Shown: positions 17,040 to 25,939 of the stretch, one piece after another
How the letters are laid out: the number at the start of each line of letters is the position of its first letter
Numbering within the stretch: position 1 is the stretch's first letter
Assembly: GCA_965372635.1 (NCBI GenBank)
Contig: CBDVDA010000003.1
Coordinates: 1 to 47,953 of the forward strand
DNA length: 47,953 bases
Direction: 5' to 3'
Origin: an uncultured bacterium
GTDB taxonomy: Bacteria; Desulfobacterota; JADFVX01
Notes under the pieces: generated by a model
Databases searched by the model: none
What the model saw: only the letters and a program-made list of their open reading frames with translations
Told to the model about the DNA's origin: nothing
Made by a program: the position numbers and the translations under genes

Positions 17040-17263
17040 AAAGGGCAGGCACAAGACCTGCCCCTACAAGGGCAAATCTCCCCTAAATCGTAGGGGCATC
17101 CCTTGTGGGTGCCCAAAATCATTACCCCCCTGGATTACGCATCAAGTGCGGAATGACATGATAAAGGGCAAAAAGAGTGGAGCCCAAATCCCCCTCATTC
17201 CCCCTTTGCTAAAGGGGGAGGTTAATCTTCCCCTCTTAAGATAAGAGGGGCTAGGGGAGTTAT
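17040..17263. repeat. Cluster of REP-like and palindromic repeats within the cytochrome operon spacer
   Basis: AGGGCAGG..CCTGCCCCTAC, GTAGGGGCA..TGCCC, GGATT..CGGAATGAC and CCCCTTT..AAAGGGG units. Confidence 0.7.
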
Positions 17264-17298
17264 GATTCTTCACTTTGCCTCTCTGCTTGAAAAGCCTG

Positions 17299-18270
17299 TC
17301 ATGACCCCTTCTGCATTAACAAATAAGCGAGAAGATCCTGATATTCCCGCACGGTGAGTCCATCCATGAAGTCCTCGGGCATAACGCTCCGGTTTTTCTC
17401 CTGCCTTACCTCCCCTATTTCAGACTTTTTAAAAGTCATCACTTCGCCACCTGCTTTTGTAATTTCAAGCGATTCGCCGCTGTCACCTGTTTTTATCCCC
17501 ACAAACCGGCGGCCTTCGTTATTAATAACAATGTAAGTCTCGAACCCCTCGGCAATCGCTTCGGCGGGACGCTGGATAGAGGCCGAAATAAATTTCACCC
17601 CTTGCCCTCCGATGTGAGAAAGATCGGGACCGATCCTCCCACCTTTGTCGTTGATGCGATGACATGTTTTACAATTGTCTTCGAAGACGAGTGCGCCCTT
17701 TTCCGGGTCGCCTCCGCCTGCCGTAGAGGCGGCGGTGATTTTCGAATAATATCTCTTCGAGATTTCGCCTGGGTTGTCGAGCGTCTCCCGATCCGGCTCG
17801 CTTCCCTCGCTTTGCAGGTAGAGAATGACCGCCTTGATCTCACCTAAAGAGAGCGCAATGGGCGGCGCAAAAACTTTTGCCATTTCGTTTTTATACCCCT
17901 TCACCAAATACGCACCGGGGTCGGCCAGACTCTCGACAAGATAATCGGCAGAACTGTATTTCTCCCCCGTCTGTTCGGAACGCTCCTCCGCCCTCCCGGC
18001 TGCCCGAATGCCAATAGGCGCGTCAAATAAAGTGCCGAAGGCACCGAGGTTTGGGCCGCGTACGTTGGTCCCTTCGTCGCCCACGCTGTGGCAGGTAAAG
18101 CAGCGTCCCTTCCCCCAGAAGATCGCCTTTCCGCCTTCGGGAGTAATTTCAATCATTTCGCTGCCGCCCCTTCTCTCGCCACCTGTGAGGTCGGTAATCG
18201 CCTTTCCCACGTAGAGGAAAAAGGCGAGAACGATAAGCAGGTAAACAAAGGCGTTTATAACTGTTTTCAT
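17299..18270 (-). CDS. Di-haem cytochrome c with N-terminal anchor
   Basis: CFTCH and CKTCH...GPDLS motifs. Confidence 0.87.
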   Translation of the reverse strand: MKTVINAFVYLLIVLAFFLYVGKAITDLTGGERRGGSEMIEITPEGGKAIFWGKGRCFTCHSVGDEGTNVRGPNLGAFGTLFDAPIGIRAAGRAEERSEQTGEKYSSADYLVESLADPGAYLVKGYKNEMAKVFAPPIALSLGEIKAVILYLQSEGSEPDRETLDNPGEISKRYYSKITAASTAGGGDPEKGALVFEDNCKTCHRINDKGGRIGPDLSHIGGQGVKFISASIQRPAEAIAEGFETYIVINNEGRRFVGIKTGDSGESLEITKAGGEVMTFKKSEIGEVRQEKNRSVMPEDFMDGLTVREYQDLLAYLLMQKGS

Positions 18271-18285
18271 AACGATTCTCCGGGA

Positions 18286-20385
18286 TTATGGATTCTTTTT
18301 TCCACCGAGCCAAAATATAAAGGCGAGGGAAAGGAGAAAGACAAAAACGGTGAGACTCACCATTTCGGCCATTGTAGCGTTGTCCGGCGTATAGGCAAAG
18401 GGCGAGGTGTCGCGCATGACACCGTAAATATGCCAGCCGGACCTCAGCCCCGACCGAACAAAGCCCATGAGCCCCATTGTGAGGGTTATCACGATGGTGA
18501 GAAAGAGCAAGGCATACTGGCTCCGTGCGGTCATATTCCCCCACTTCAGTTCGCCCACCACCTTCGCCCCCCGAAAGAGGAAGAAGTCGATCACCCCCAC
18601 GAGGAGGATACAGCTAATCAGTTGCAAAAACTGGCTCACGGCGATGTTCCTTAAAAAAGGCGAAGCCTTTTCCATGACAATAAAGCCGTAGACACTTAAA
18701 AAACCGGTCACGCTACAGGCCGTAAAACCTAAGTAGAGATACTCCGCCAGGAGGCCCTTCCCGGCAAGTACGAGCAGGACCGATGCGACCGCCACTACGC
18801 AGCCTGAAAGAAGCAGGTACCCGGTGGTCCTGAAATAACCCGACGCTTCGGAAGTAAGGCCGAGCGAGCCGGGATCGGCCCCGAAAAGGTATAGAGCGTA
18901 AGCGCCTGAAATGGCGATGGAGAGGAGACCCGCCAGAGGGATGGCGATCTTCGGCAGAGCGCCCTGTTTCCCTATTGGCAGCAGTTCCCCCTTATTTCCC
19001 CGCCGGTAGAGAAGGAAGCTGAAGAAGGTGGAGAGGATAATGAGATTCACCACGGCGTTTTTTGCAGGCATGAGGCCGAGGAATTTGAGCGTAGGATGAT
19101 ACCGGCTCCCTCCCATGGCGGAGACCTCGCCGCCTGTGAGCGGCAGGTTGTGGGGCGTCACCCAGACGGCGAAGGAGATAACGAGAGCACCGAGGATGAA
19201 CTTGATATATTTATAGTAGCGTTCCGCTCCCGGTATGCGCGTCATGCCGCACCAGAGGTAGTAGTTGCTAATGAGGAAGAGCGATCCCACGAGCATCGCC
19301 TGGATAATGAAGGTCCAGGAAAAATCCCCGCCCATCATGTTGTTCCCCATGACGGCGCTCGTGGAATAGATCTCGCGACCCAGGTAGTAACCCGCGAAGG
19401 GGAGCGGGATGAGGGCGGCAACGGCGACGAAGTTGGAAACGTACCCCATCCAGTCGTAGTGGGCCTTCTCTGCGTCTGTTCTGGCTCCCATGAATTTGAC
19501 CGCCGCGTAGGAACCGGCCACCAGCCCCCCGAAGACGAGGTTCCCCAGCATCCGGTGAATCGCAATCGGTGTGGCGAGCCGGTTTTCGAAGGCCTGCCAG
19601 AGCGTCCCCGTAAAGGCCCCGCTGGCGTCGATGCCGACGGGACTCATCATAAAACCGACCCAGCTGTTCGCCATCTGCAAAATGGCCGTTCCCGAAATAT
19701 TGAGCAGGATGCCGATGAGGATGTGAAGGCTCTTCCTGTCCTTCACTATATAGAGGCCGCCTGAAAGGGGCAGGAGGTAAAAGAGGGTGATGAAGGTGCG
19801 CGTATCGGTCCGCATCTCCGGGCCGCACCCACCGGAAAAAAAGATCACCGCCATTGCGAACACCAGCAGGCTGAGGGACTTCGTTACAAACGTTACCGAT
19901 CTGCCGAAGGGCTCGCCGCCACTCAGCCGGTCCCAGCCGTAATAGTAAAGATAGAGGCAGAAGGTTTCGGCGAAGAAGAGGAGCGCATAGACGCTCATGC
20001 CATCCTTGAATATGCCCGCCATGTAGCCCACCACTGACGGGTAGAGTTTCAAAAGGGCAAGGGTCAAAATCGCACCGAAGAGCGCCGTCGCCCCATAGGC
20101 GAGACTGAGCAGGCCCGTAAATTCACGGGAAAGAGCGTCGAATTTGCGTTCCCCTTTCTTCCAGCCAACGATCTCGATAATCACCGCAAAGAGCGGCACG
20201 CCGAGGACGAAGGCGCCGAAGAAGAGGTGCAACTGGGCAAAAAACCAGACCACCTTGCGGGAGTCGAGCCCCATCAACTGACCGTAGTTCTCTCCCTCCA
20301 GCGCAAAGGCGCTTGTGGCAGTGAGTAGCACGAGCAGGAGGGCAATGCCCCCTTTAATTAAAAAAAGCCGATCTTTCGATTTCAC
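18286..20385 (-). CDS. Cytochrome bd-like oxidase subunit I (CydA-like), long form
   Basis: AQLHLFFGAFVLG and IHRMLGN His motifs, RSGLR..WHIYGVMRDT C-terminal motif, many TMs. No CydB seen nearby. Confidence 0.82.
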   Translation of the reverse strand: MKSKDRLFLIKGGIALLLVLLTATSAFALEGENYGQLMGLDSRKVVWFFAQLHLFFGAFVLGVPLFAVIIEIVGWKKGERKFDALSREFTGLLSLAYGATALFGAILTLALLKLYPSVVGYMAGIFKDGMSVYALLFFAETFCLYLYYYGWDRLSGGEPFGRSVTFVTKSLSLLVFAMAVIFFSGGCGPEMRTDTRTFITLFYLLPLSGGLYIVKDRKSLHILIGILLNISGTAILQMANSWVGFMMSPVGIDASGAFTGTLWQAFENRLATPIAIHRMLGNLVFGGLVAGSYAAVKFMGARTDAEKAHYDWMGYVSNFVAVAALIPLPFAGYYLGREIYSTSAVMGNNMMGGDFSWTFIIQAMLVGSLFLISNYYLWCGMTRIPGAERYYKYIKFILGALVISFAVWVTPHNLPLTGGEVSAMGGSRYHPTLKFLGLMPAKNAVVNLIILSTFFSFLLYRRGNKGELLPIGKQGALPKIAIPLAGLLSIAISGAYALYLFGADPGSLGLTSEASGYFRTTGYLLLSGCVVAVASVLLVLAGKGLLAEYLYLGFTACSVTGFLSVYGFIVMEKASPFLRNIAVSQFLQLISCILLVGVIDFFLFRGAKVVGELKWGNMTARSQYALLFLTIVITLTMGLMGFVRSGLRSGWHIYGVMRDTSPFAYTPDNATMAEMVSLTVFVFLLSLAFIFWLGGKKNP

Positions 20386-20612
20386 CTAAAAAAATCCTTC
20401 CCCATCAATGCACCCACGGATTTTACCATCATCCCCGGCGTTGTCCAATCAACTTCTTGCATGAGGGGTGTTTTTTCGCGAGGAACGGTTTTTTCTTTCG
20501 GTGATTTTGAAATGAGGAAGAATATTGCGATGAATAAAAGGAACTGCGCGGCTAAAATAAAAAAGCCCGGAGCGATAAACTCAGGGCCTTTAGGAGTTGC
20601 ATGTTTTTTCAA
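20382..20612 (-). CDS. Small single-TM protein heading the bd-like operon
   Basis: One hydrophobic helix; GTGA overlap with the CydA-like start; TTG start uncertain. Confidence 0.45.
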   Translation of the reverse strand: MKKHATPKGPEFIAPGFFILAAQFLLFIAIFFLISKSPKEKTVPREKTPLMQEVDWTTPGMMVKSVGALMGKDFFR

Positions 20613-20726
20613 GTTGTCAGAAAAATCTTGTCATTCCGCACTTGATGCGGAATCCAGACCTATCCTTTTCTAATTAAACAGTCGCTGTCCCTATTTACTA
20701 CTCTCCCTACTCGCTTATTCTTTTGA

Positions 20727-23048
20727 TTATCGACGCTTGGGTATACCAGGAAGAGGCGGGGTATTATCCCAAGGAATACGTATATTTCCGCCTCTTCCAG
20801 ATTTAAGGTGACGTGGTGAGTCATTAGGCTTACGGGTACTCGCTTCTTCAGCCCCAGGATGATAATGGACAACGAAGCTATCAACTAAGTTTGGTACCGC
20901 ATTATAAACTTGTATCTTTCTTTCCCATGTTTCCATGTTACTGGAACTGATATTTGTTGAAAGACCGATAGTTATTGTGTATCCATTTTTAGCTATCAAA
21001 ATTTTTAATGCATTTATCCAACTTCTAAATTCATTGACCTTATCAATTTGGTTAAGTGCGTTAATTGGGATTAATGGCTGAAGTGTCGCATAATCACTAC
21101 CTGCTGCAGCCATACTTGCTATTGCAATCATATGTGGGAAACTTAAATCAAACCGTTGCGCTTCCTCAATGTATTGGTCAATAGTATTATAGTCCTGCAT
21201 TTGCGGCTGAAGGGCCAGGATGTATTGAGGAGTACTTAAATTGACTTTGGCCAACCCCCCACATTCTTGGTAAGTGTATCCTCCAGCTACTAGTGCTATT
21301 ATAGTATCAATGTTTTGAGTACTGGTGAGCCATTGTCGTAAAGCAACCCATTGGCCAGCAATACCTTGGCGTTGAGCCTGGGTTATTGTGTTTAGATGAA
21401 CCAAAACTTGAGAATTAATCTGATTTGCCTGGGCTACAGTAACGTCCTGAAACAAGTCGTTCAGGTTGCCATCCGTACGGTTAATTAAATATTTCAGATG
21501 GTCAACAGATATCTCCCCTACTAGAGTATTGATACTGTCAAACACCATCATAAAATACACTATTTTGTCTACGGAACCAGCAGATGCGCTCAACTCAAGT
21601 AGAATTTCCATACTATATTTTTGACTAAAATCGATAAAATAGCCCACCATAAAATTCTCTTTTATTAAACCAAAATCTTCATAAAAAGAAAAAAACAATT
21701 CTTTTGCACCTAGCCTTAACTCTCCTTGGTGAAATAAATCTTGTTCACCTTCTTCACCAAACTCACGCACTGCATTAATCGCGGCACGAACTGCATCTGG
21801 ACGCCCATCAAATGAAATAACTTTATCTCTATCGATCCAGCTTTTAAGAGTTGCAATTACTTCATCTCTATACTCATCAACGTAATTTTTTTGGATCTCT
21901 TTCGAGAAATAATCAATTTGTTTTTCACCTGCCCCAATCTCTATGGCTCTCTGAATCGTGCTAAATGGCATAGTGCCAGTTCCATTCTCTTCCCCCCTAT
22001 TATCCACAATCCCAAAGCCCTGCCCCTCATCATTTTTCTTCTGACCAACTGAAGTAGCAACCTCTCGACTTTTATTCTCTTTTGGATAAATAGAGACCCT
22101 TCTCATTTCATGTCCCCCTCCACCCTCCACCCTCTGCCCGACAGAAGCCGCCTCCCCCCCCATCACATCGGCCTCTTTCTCCAACCCCGCATCATCATTG
22201 ATCTGTGTCCCCGCCATCTGCATAGTCGGCAGCACCCGCCCTTGCGCCTGCTGCACCACATGCCACCCCTCGTGGGCAATATGCTTCTCCTGCCCGCTCG
22301 CTACGTGGATGTCACTCCCCTGCGTAAAGGCATGGGCGTTTAGCTGCGCCGGTTCGGGGGAGTTGTAGTGAACCTTCACATGATCCATGGAGATGCCGGA
22401 GAGATTTTCGAGGCCGCATTTCAGGCCATCGGGCATGCCCGTTTCGTTCTCTTTTTTCTGGACAGGGTCGGCCTTTAGCTGCCCCTTCATCTGAGCTGGC
22501 TCTTCCTCATTGGCTTCTCTTTGAAGGGCAACCCCACCCCTCCTAACCTCCCCTTGTAAAGGGGAGGGACTTACCCCACCCCTCCTGGTCTCCCCTTCTG
22601 AAGAGGAGGAACTTGATTCTCCCCTCCTTGCCAAGGAGGGGGTCAGGGGGAGGTCGCTTGCTTCATTCCCTGCCGCCTCCCGCTGGCCAACGGGGCCAGA
22701 CGCCCCCCGGATCATATCGGCCATCCTGTTCTGCTCTGCATGATGGGGAGAGTTCTGCATGATCGCCTTCATCTGCGCTGCCTGCTTCGCCTGGGGTGAG
22801 TTGCGCATTATCTCGGCCATGCGAAGCTGTGCCGCCGTCTCGGGCCGGTTGTCCACAAAGCGAGCCAGACCGCTGCCACCCTCTTCACGCTGATCGAAAT
22901 TACCGGAAAACAGCCTCTCAGTAGAAGTCTCTGGCCGGTTATCGACAAAGGCCAACGTGCCGCCGTTTCCCTCTTTGAATTGAGCGGTGTTATCCGCTAC
23001 AGCACGGTTTTGGGATTGATTGTTTTGGTTTTCTGTGGTTTTTTCCAT
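20727..23048 (-). CDS. DUF4157 (eCIS core) effector with unknown AT-rich C-terminal domain
   Basis: Leader MEKTTENQ..QNRAVA...FVDNRPE; DUF4157 TGMPDGLK.GLENLSG...AHEGWHVVQQ; unrelated C-terminus containing VVHYHPG. Confidence 0.85.
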   Translation of the reverse strand: MEKTTENQNNQSQNRAVADNTAQFKEGNGGTLAFVDNRPETSTERLFSGNFDQREEGGSGLARFVDNRPETAAQLRMAEIMRNSPQAKQAAQMKAIMQNSPHHAEQNRMADMIRGASGPVGQREAAGNEASDLPLTPSLARRGESSSSSSEGETRRGGVSPSPLQGEVRRGGVALQREANEEEPAQMKGQLKADPVQKKENETGMPDGLKCGLENLSGISMDHVKVHYNSPEPAQLNAHAFTQGSDIHVASGQEKHIAHEGWHVVQQAQGRVLPTMQMAGTQINDDAGLEKEADVMGGEAASVGQRVEGGGGHEMRRVSIYPKENKSREVATSVGQKKNDEGQGFGIVDNRGEENGTGTMPFSTIQRAIEIGAGEKQIDYFSKEIQKNYVDEYRDEVIATLKSWIDRDKVISFDGRPDAVRAAINAVREFGEEGEQDLFHQGELRLGAKELFFSFYEDFGLIKENFMVGYFIDFSQKYSMEILLELSASAGSVDKIVYFMMVFDSINTLVGEISVDHLKYLINRTDGNLNDLFQDVTVAQANQINSQVLVHLNTITQAQRQGIAGQWVALRQWLTSTQNIDTIIALVAGGYTYQECGGLAKVNLSTPQYILALQPQMQDYNTIDQYIEEAQRFDLSFPHMIAIASMAAAGSDYATLQPLIPINALNQIDKVNEFRSWINALKILIAKNGYTITIGLSTNISSSNMETWERKIQVYNAVPNLVDSFVVHYHPGAEEASTRKPNDSPRHLKSGRGGNIRIPWDNTPPLPGIPKRR
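22532..22655. repeat. Palindromic repeat element lying in frame within the effector CDS
   Basis: Three CCCCT..AGGGG-type units like intergenic copies; encodes DLPLTPSLARRGE...PSPLQGEVRRGG. Confidence 0.75.
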
Positions 23049-23299
23049 ATGAATGAAGTTGTCAGCTATCAAATCTCCCCTGGCCCCTCTTTTCTAAAGA
23101 GGGGGATTTTATTTTACCTCCCCCTTTGGCAAAGGGGGATTGAGGGGGATTTTATTTATCCGGGGCTAAGATTTAAATCATTCACCATTTATCATAACCT
23201 CTCCCAACCGTTCGGCTGAGCTCACGACGTAGCCTTCCCCTTATCCTTCGACAGGCTCAGGATGACAAAGAGGAGGAGCCTGAAGTTGGATAACTTCTA

Positions 23300-23403
23300 T
23301 TTCATCAAAATAAATAACACTGGATTCCGCATCGAACTTGGTTTATCCCAGTCTACAGCCGGCGGAATGACAAGATTTTTCTGACAACTGCAAACTGATA
23401 GCT
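23300..23403 (+). repeat. ~100-bp composite repeat, copy 1 (direct repeat with 25155-25256)
   Basis: TTTCAT.AAAATAAATA...TGGATTCCGCATC...CTTGGTTTATCCC...GGAATGACAAGATTTTTCTGACAACTG..AACTGATAGCT in both copies. Confidence 0.8.
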
Positions 23404-23426
23404 GAGAACTTTCTATTGATAAACAG

Positions 23427-23948
23427 CTAGGAAAGCTGATCGTCCTTCAACCCTCCCTTTACCATGTCAAACATGGTATCCAAAGACTCGCGGGCCTCGT
23501 TATAAGTGACCCGCTTTACGCCGTGGTGGGAACCGATGGCATGTTGCAATTGATTTAACATTTCTGCCTCACTGCCGTTCAACCGTCCGCCGCCGTTTTT
23601 GCCAGCTTGTTGCTGACAGCAGGCTTGATGAAGTTTTTTCGCTTTTGCCAGCCAGTCATCCTTGGCCATCATTTGAATGATAGCGGCCCCTCTATGCATA
23701 AACTGGCGGATCACTTTTTCATTCGCCTGCGGACGGTTGTCTGCAGGCCCGGAATTTGTCCCGCCATTTTCTTTATTCTGAACAGCCCCACCGGCAATAC
23801 CTTTCATCTGCTCTTTCTCTTCAATCACTTCCGACCGGTTGTCCACGAAGCCAAGGGTACCTTTACCCCCCTTTTTCCGCTGAGCGCTGGTATTTGCAAC
23901 GGCCCTGCTTTGCTCCCGCCTGTTCGAGTTTTCAGATGCCTTTTTCAT
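23427..23948 (-). CDS. Leader-bearing putative eCIS cargo lacking DUF4157, small unknown C-terminal domain
   Basis: QSRAVANTSAQRK.G.GTLGFVDNRSE leader, then AVQNKE and IIQMM junction motifs. Confidence 0.7.
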   Translation of the reverse strand: MKKASENSNRREQSRAVANTSAQRKKGGKGTLGFVDNRSEVIEEKEQMKGIAGGAVQNKENGGTNSGPADNRPQANEKVIRQFMHRGAAIIQMMAKDDWLAKAKKLHQACCQQQAGKNGGGRLNGSEAEMLNQLQHAIGSHHGVKRVTYNEARESLDTMFDMVKGGLKDDQLS

Positions 23949-23984
23949 AGGAACATCCTTCCCGGTTATAAAATGTCATTATTT

Positions 23985-25022
23985 TTATTGGATTATGTTT
24001 GTTTTATTTCCTATTTTTTCCTTAATATCTGCGATCTTTGCCCGTATCTCTTCAGGCGTCGTCTTTTCGTTGACTTCACTTTGCAGATCAGACAGGCTGG
24101 TGTTCAGCTTCATCTGCCATTCCATCAACTGTTTTGCCATGGCTGATTTAAACGCTGTTTCCCTCGCTGCAATCTGGACTTTTGCACTCCCCCTGAAAAG
24201 AGATTCCACTGTCTCTACAAGTCTGTTAAGAATCGTGTAAGCAAGGTCGGCAGAAAACCCGCCTAAAAGGGCAAGGAGCACCCGTAAAAAGCCCTCTTCT
24301 ATCAATCCTCCGGACTGCAACTTTGACGACTGCCCATTAGCGCCCGGCACACCTGCGTGCAAGACTTCACGAAATACGTCATCGGAAATCATTACGGCAA
24401 GGAGCAGGCCGGAAATAAGCCCGAGAAAGAACCGTATCCAGTAGGATGCCTGATAAGTGGGATCAAATGTTCCCTTTGTAATGTATGAATTTGCCGTATA
24501 AAGGGCCGCAAAAGACGCTCCCAGCCCGGCAGCAGAGAGATAAAAGAGCATGTTCATCAGAAGTTTCGTTCCTGAACTTTGCAGAACGCTTTTTGCCTGA
24601 TTATTCACATCGGGAGACAAGCCGATTACGATAAATACAAGAAGAGATGTAAGGGCAGCCACCATCAGGTGCCTTATTAAAGGTATGGGGCCGAGGAACC
24701 TTAAAAAACTGGTGGATTTTTGTTCCGAATCGAGAAGAAGGATGGTTTGAGGCTTGGCAGGCTCCACTATTTTTGTCAAAACATCGTGTGTTCTTACAAG
24801 TTCATCGATATCAAGATCGCCTCTCACCTCTTTTTGCTCATTCACTTGTCCACCCTCTTTGTCACTTTCTTCCGCAGGCGTACGTGAAAACATCTCTATC
24901 GTCTTTATTCCCTTTGCAGGCACCTGCTTGCCGCCGGCAAGTGCATACTCGGCCATGGCCCTTGCTTCAAGATATAGCTGTTCCCTCAATTCCAGATAGG
25001 CATATGGATTTTTTTTCGGCAC
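23985..25022 (-). CDS. Multi-TM membrane protein with C-terminal coiled coil
   Basis: About 4 TM segments (AAGLGASF, RFFLGLISG, LALLGGFS); strong RBS AAGGAGG. Confidence 0.8.
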   Translation of the reverse strand: MPKKNPYAYLELREQLYLEARAMAEYALAGGKQVPAKGIKTIEMFSRTPAEESDKEGGQVNEQKEVRGDLDIDELVRTHDVLTKIVEPAKPQTILLLDSEQKSTSFLRFLGPIPLIRHLMVAALTSLLVFIVIGLSPDVNNQAKSVLQSSGTKLLMNMLFYLSAAGLGASFAALYTANSYITKGTFDPTYQASYWIRFFLGLISGLLLAVMISDDVFREVLHAGVPGANGQSSKLQSGGLIEEGFLRVLLALLGGFSADLAYTILNRLVETVESLFRGSAKVQIAARETAFKSAMAKQLMEWQMKLNTSLSDLQSEVNEKTTPEEIRAKIADIKEKIGNKTNIIQ

Positions 25023-25154
25023 AGAATTTCCCTCCTTAATATTTTCTAAAATAAGTTTTCAGTTGTCAGCTATCAGTTACAAAATATAGCTATCAGCATT
25101 CAGTTGCCAGTTTTCAGTAACTGCCTGATAAGTGATTGAAAAAAAGCGGGCTAA

Positions 25155-25256
25155 TTTCATTAAAATAAATACCCCTGGATTCCGCATCAAGCTTGGTTTA
25201 TCCCGGCTCAACCGGGGGAATGACAAGATTTTTCTGACAACTGAGAACTGATAGCT
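25155..25256 (+). repeat. ~100-bp composite repeat, copy 2
   Basis: Direct repeat of 23300-23403. Confidence 0.8.
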
Positions 25257-25262
25257 TGAAAC

Positions 25263-25874
25263 TTATTCCTCCCTGTACATAAAAACCGTAAAATCATCCG
25301 GAAGGTATCCCCGTACCACCTTGACGCGGGATGAAAGCTCGTTGCAGAAGGACTCTATCTTTTCGGAGTTGTGCCCCACCAGAAGCGGATGGTCGGGAAA
25401 TGTGGCGGCATCGAGCATATTGAATGCGAGCGCCCGATTTGAAGCTGCGTACATCCTGGCTATCATCTCACGGTAGAAATAGGGGTCGGCACACCTGTAA
25501 CTGAGGGCGCCTGAGGCAAAAACATAATCGACCTGCGGCAACTCTACTGTGATAAAATCGGTCTGGTAAAAAAAAGCGTTGGTCGTGTTGCCGTACAACT
25601 TCTTCCCTTCAGCTATAAATTCCGGCATCTGGTCGATGCCGACATAGGTAATGCCGGAGAACCTGCCGTCGAGATAACCCTTCAGGTCTCCGTGCCCACA
25701 GCCAATGTCCAGGACAGATGCGCCGTTTAAATCCGCCACCTCTACCAGTTGCCCGAACCTCTTTGACTGGCTCTCCTCCCCCTTCCAGCCGAGCGCCCGC
25801 ACCGTTTCTCCGCGAAATTCCCTGATGCGGTGGCGGTGAAAATGAATTATAGTCGCTTTTTCTTTAAGGTCCAT
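25263..25874 (-). CDS. Class I SAM-dependent methyltransferase
   Basis: VLDIGCGHGD, YVGIDQ and DYVFASG motifs. Confidence 0.88.
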   Translation of the reverse strand: MDLKEKATIIHFHRHRIREFRGETVRALGWKGEESQSKRFGQLVEVADLNGASVLDIGCGHGDLKGYLDGRFSGITYVGIDQMPEFIAEGKKLYGNTTNAFFYQTDFITVELPQVDYVFASGALSYRCADPYFYREMIARMYAASNRALAFNMLDAATFPDHPLLVGHNSEKIESFCNELSSRVKVVRGYLPDDFTVFMYREE

Positions 25875-25939
25875 TTTTATCGGTCATTAGCCAGGGCGCA
25901 GACTGACTACTACTACTGCACGTTCTTATTAATCAATCG

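Noticed and set aside
14415-20385. Calling the cluster a nitrite oxidoreductase or canonical cydAB
   Set aside because: No molybdopterin or Fe-S subunit and no CydB in the window.
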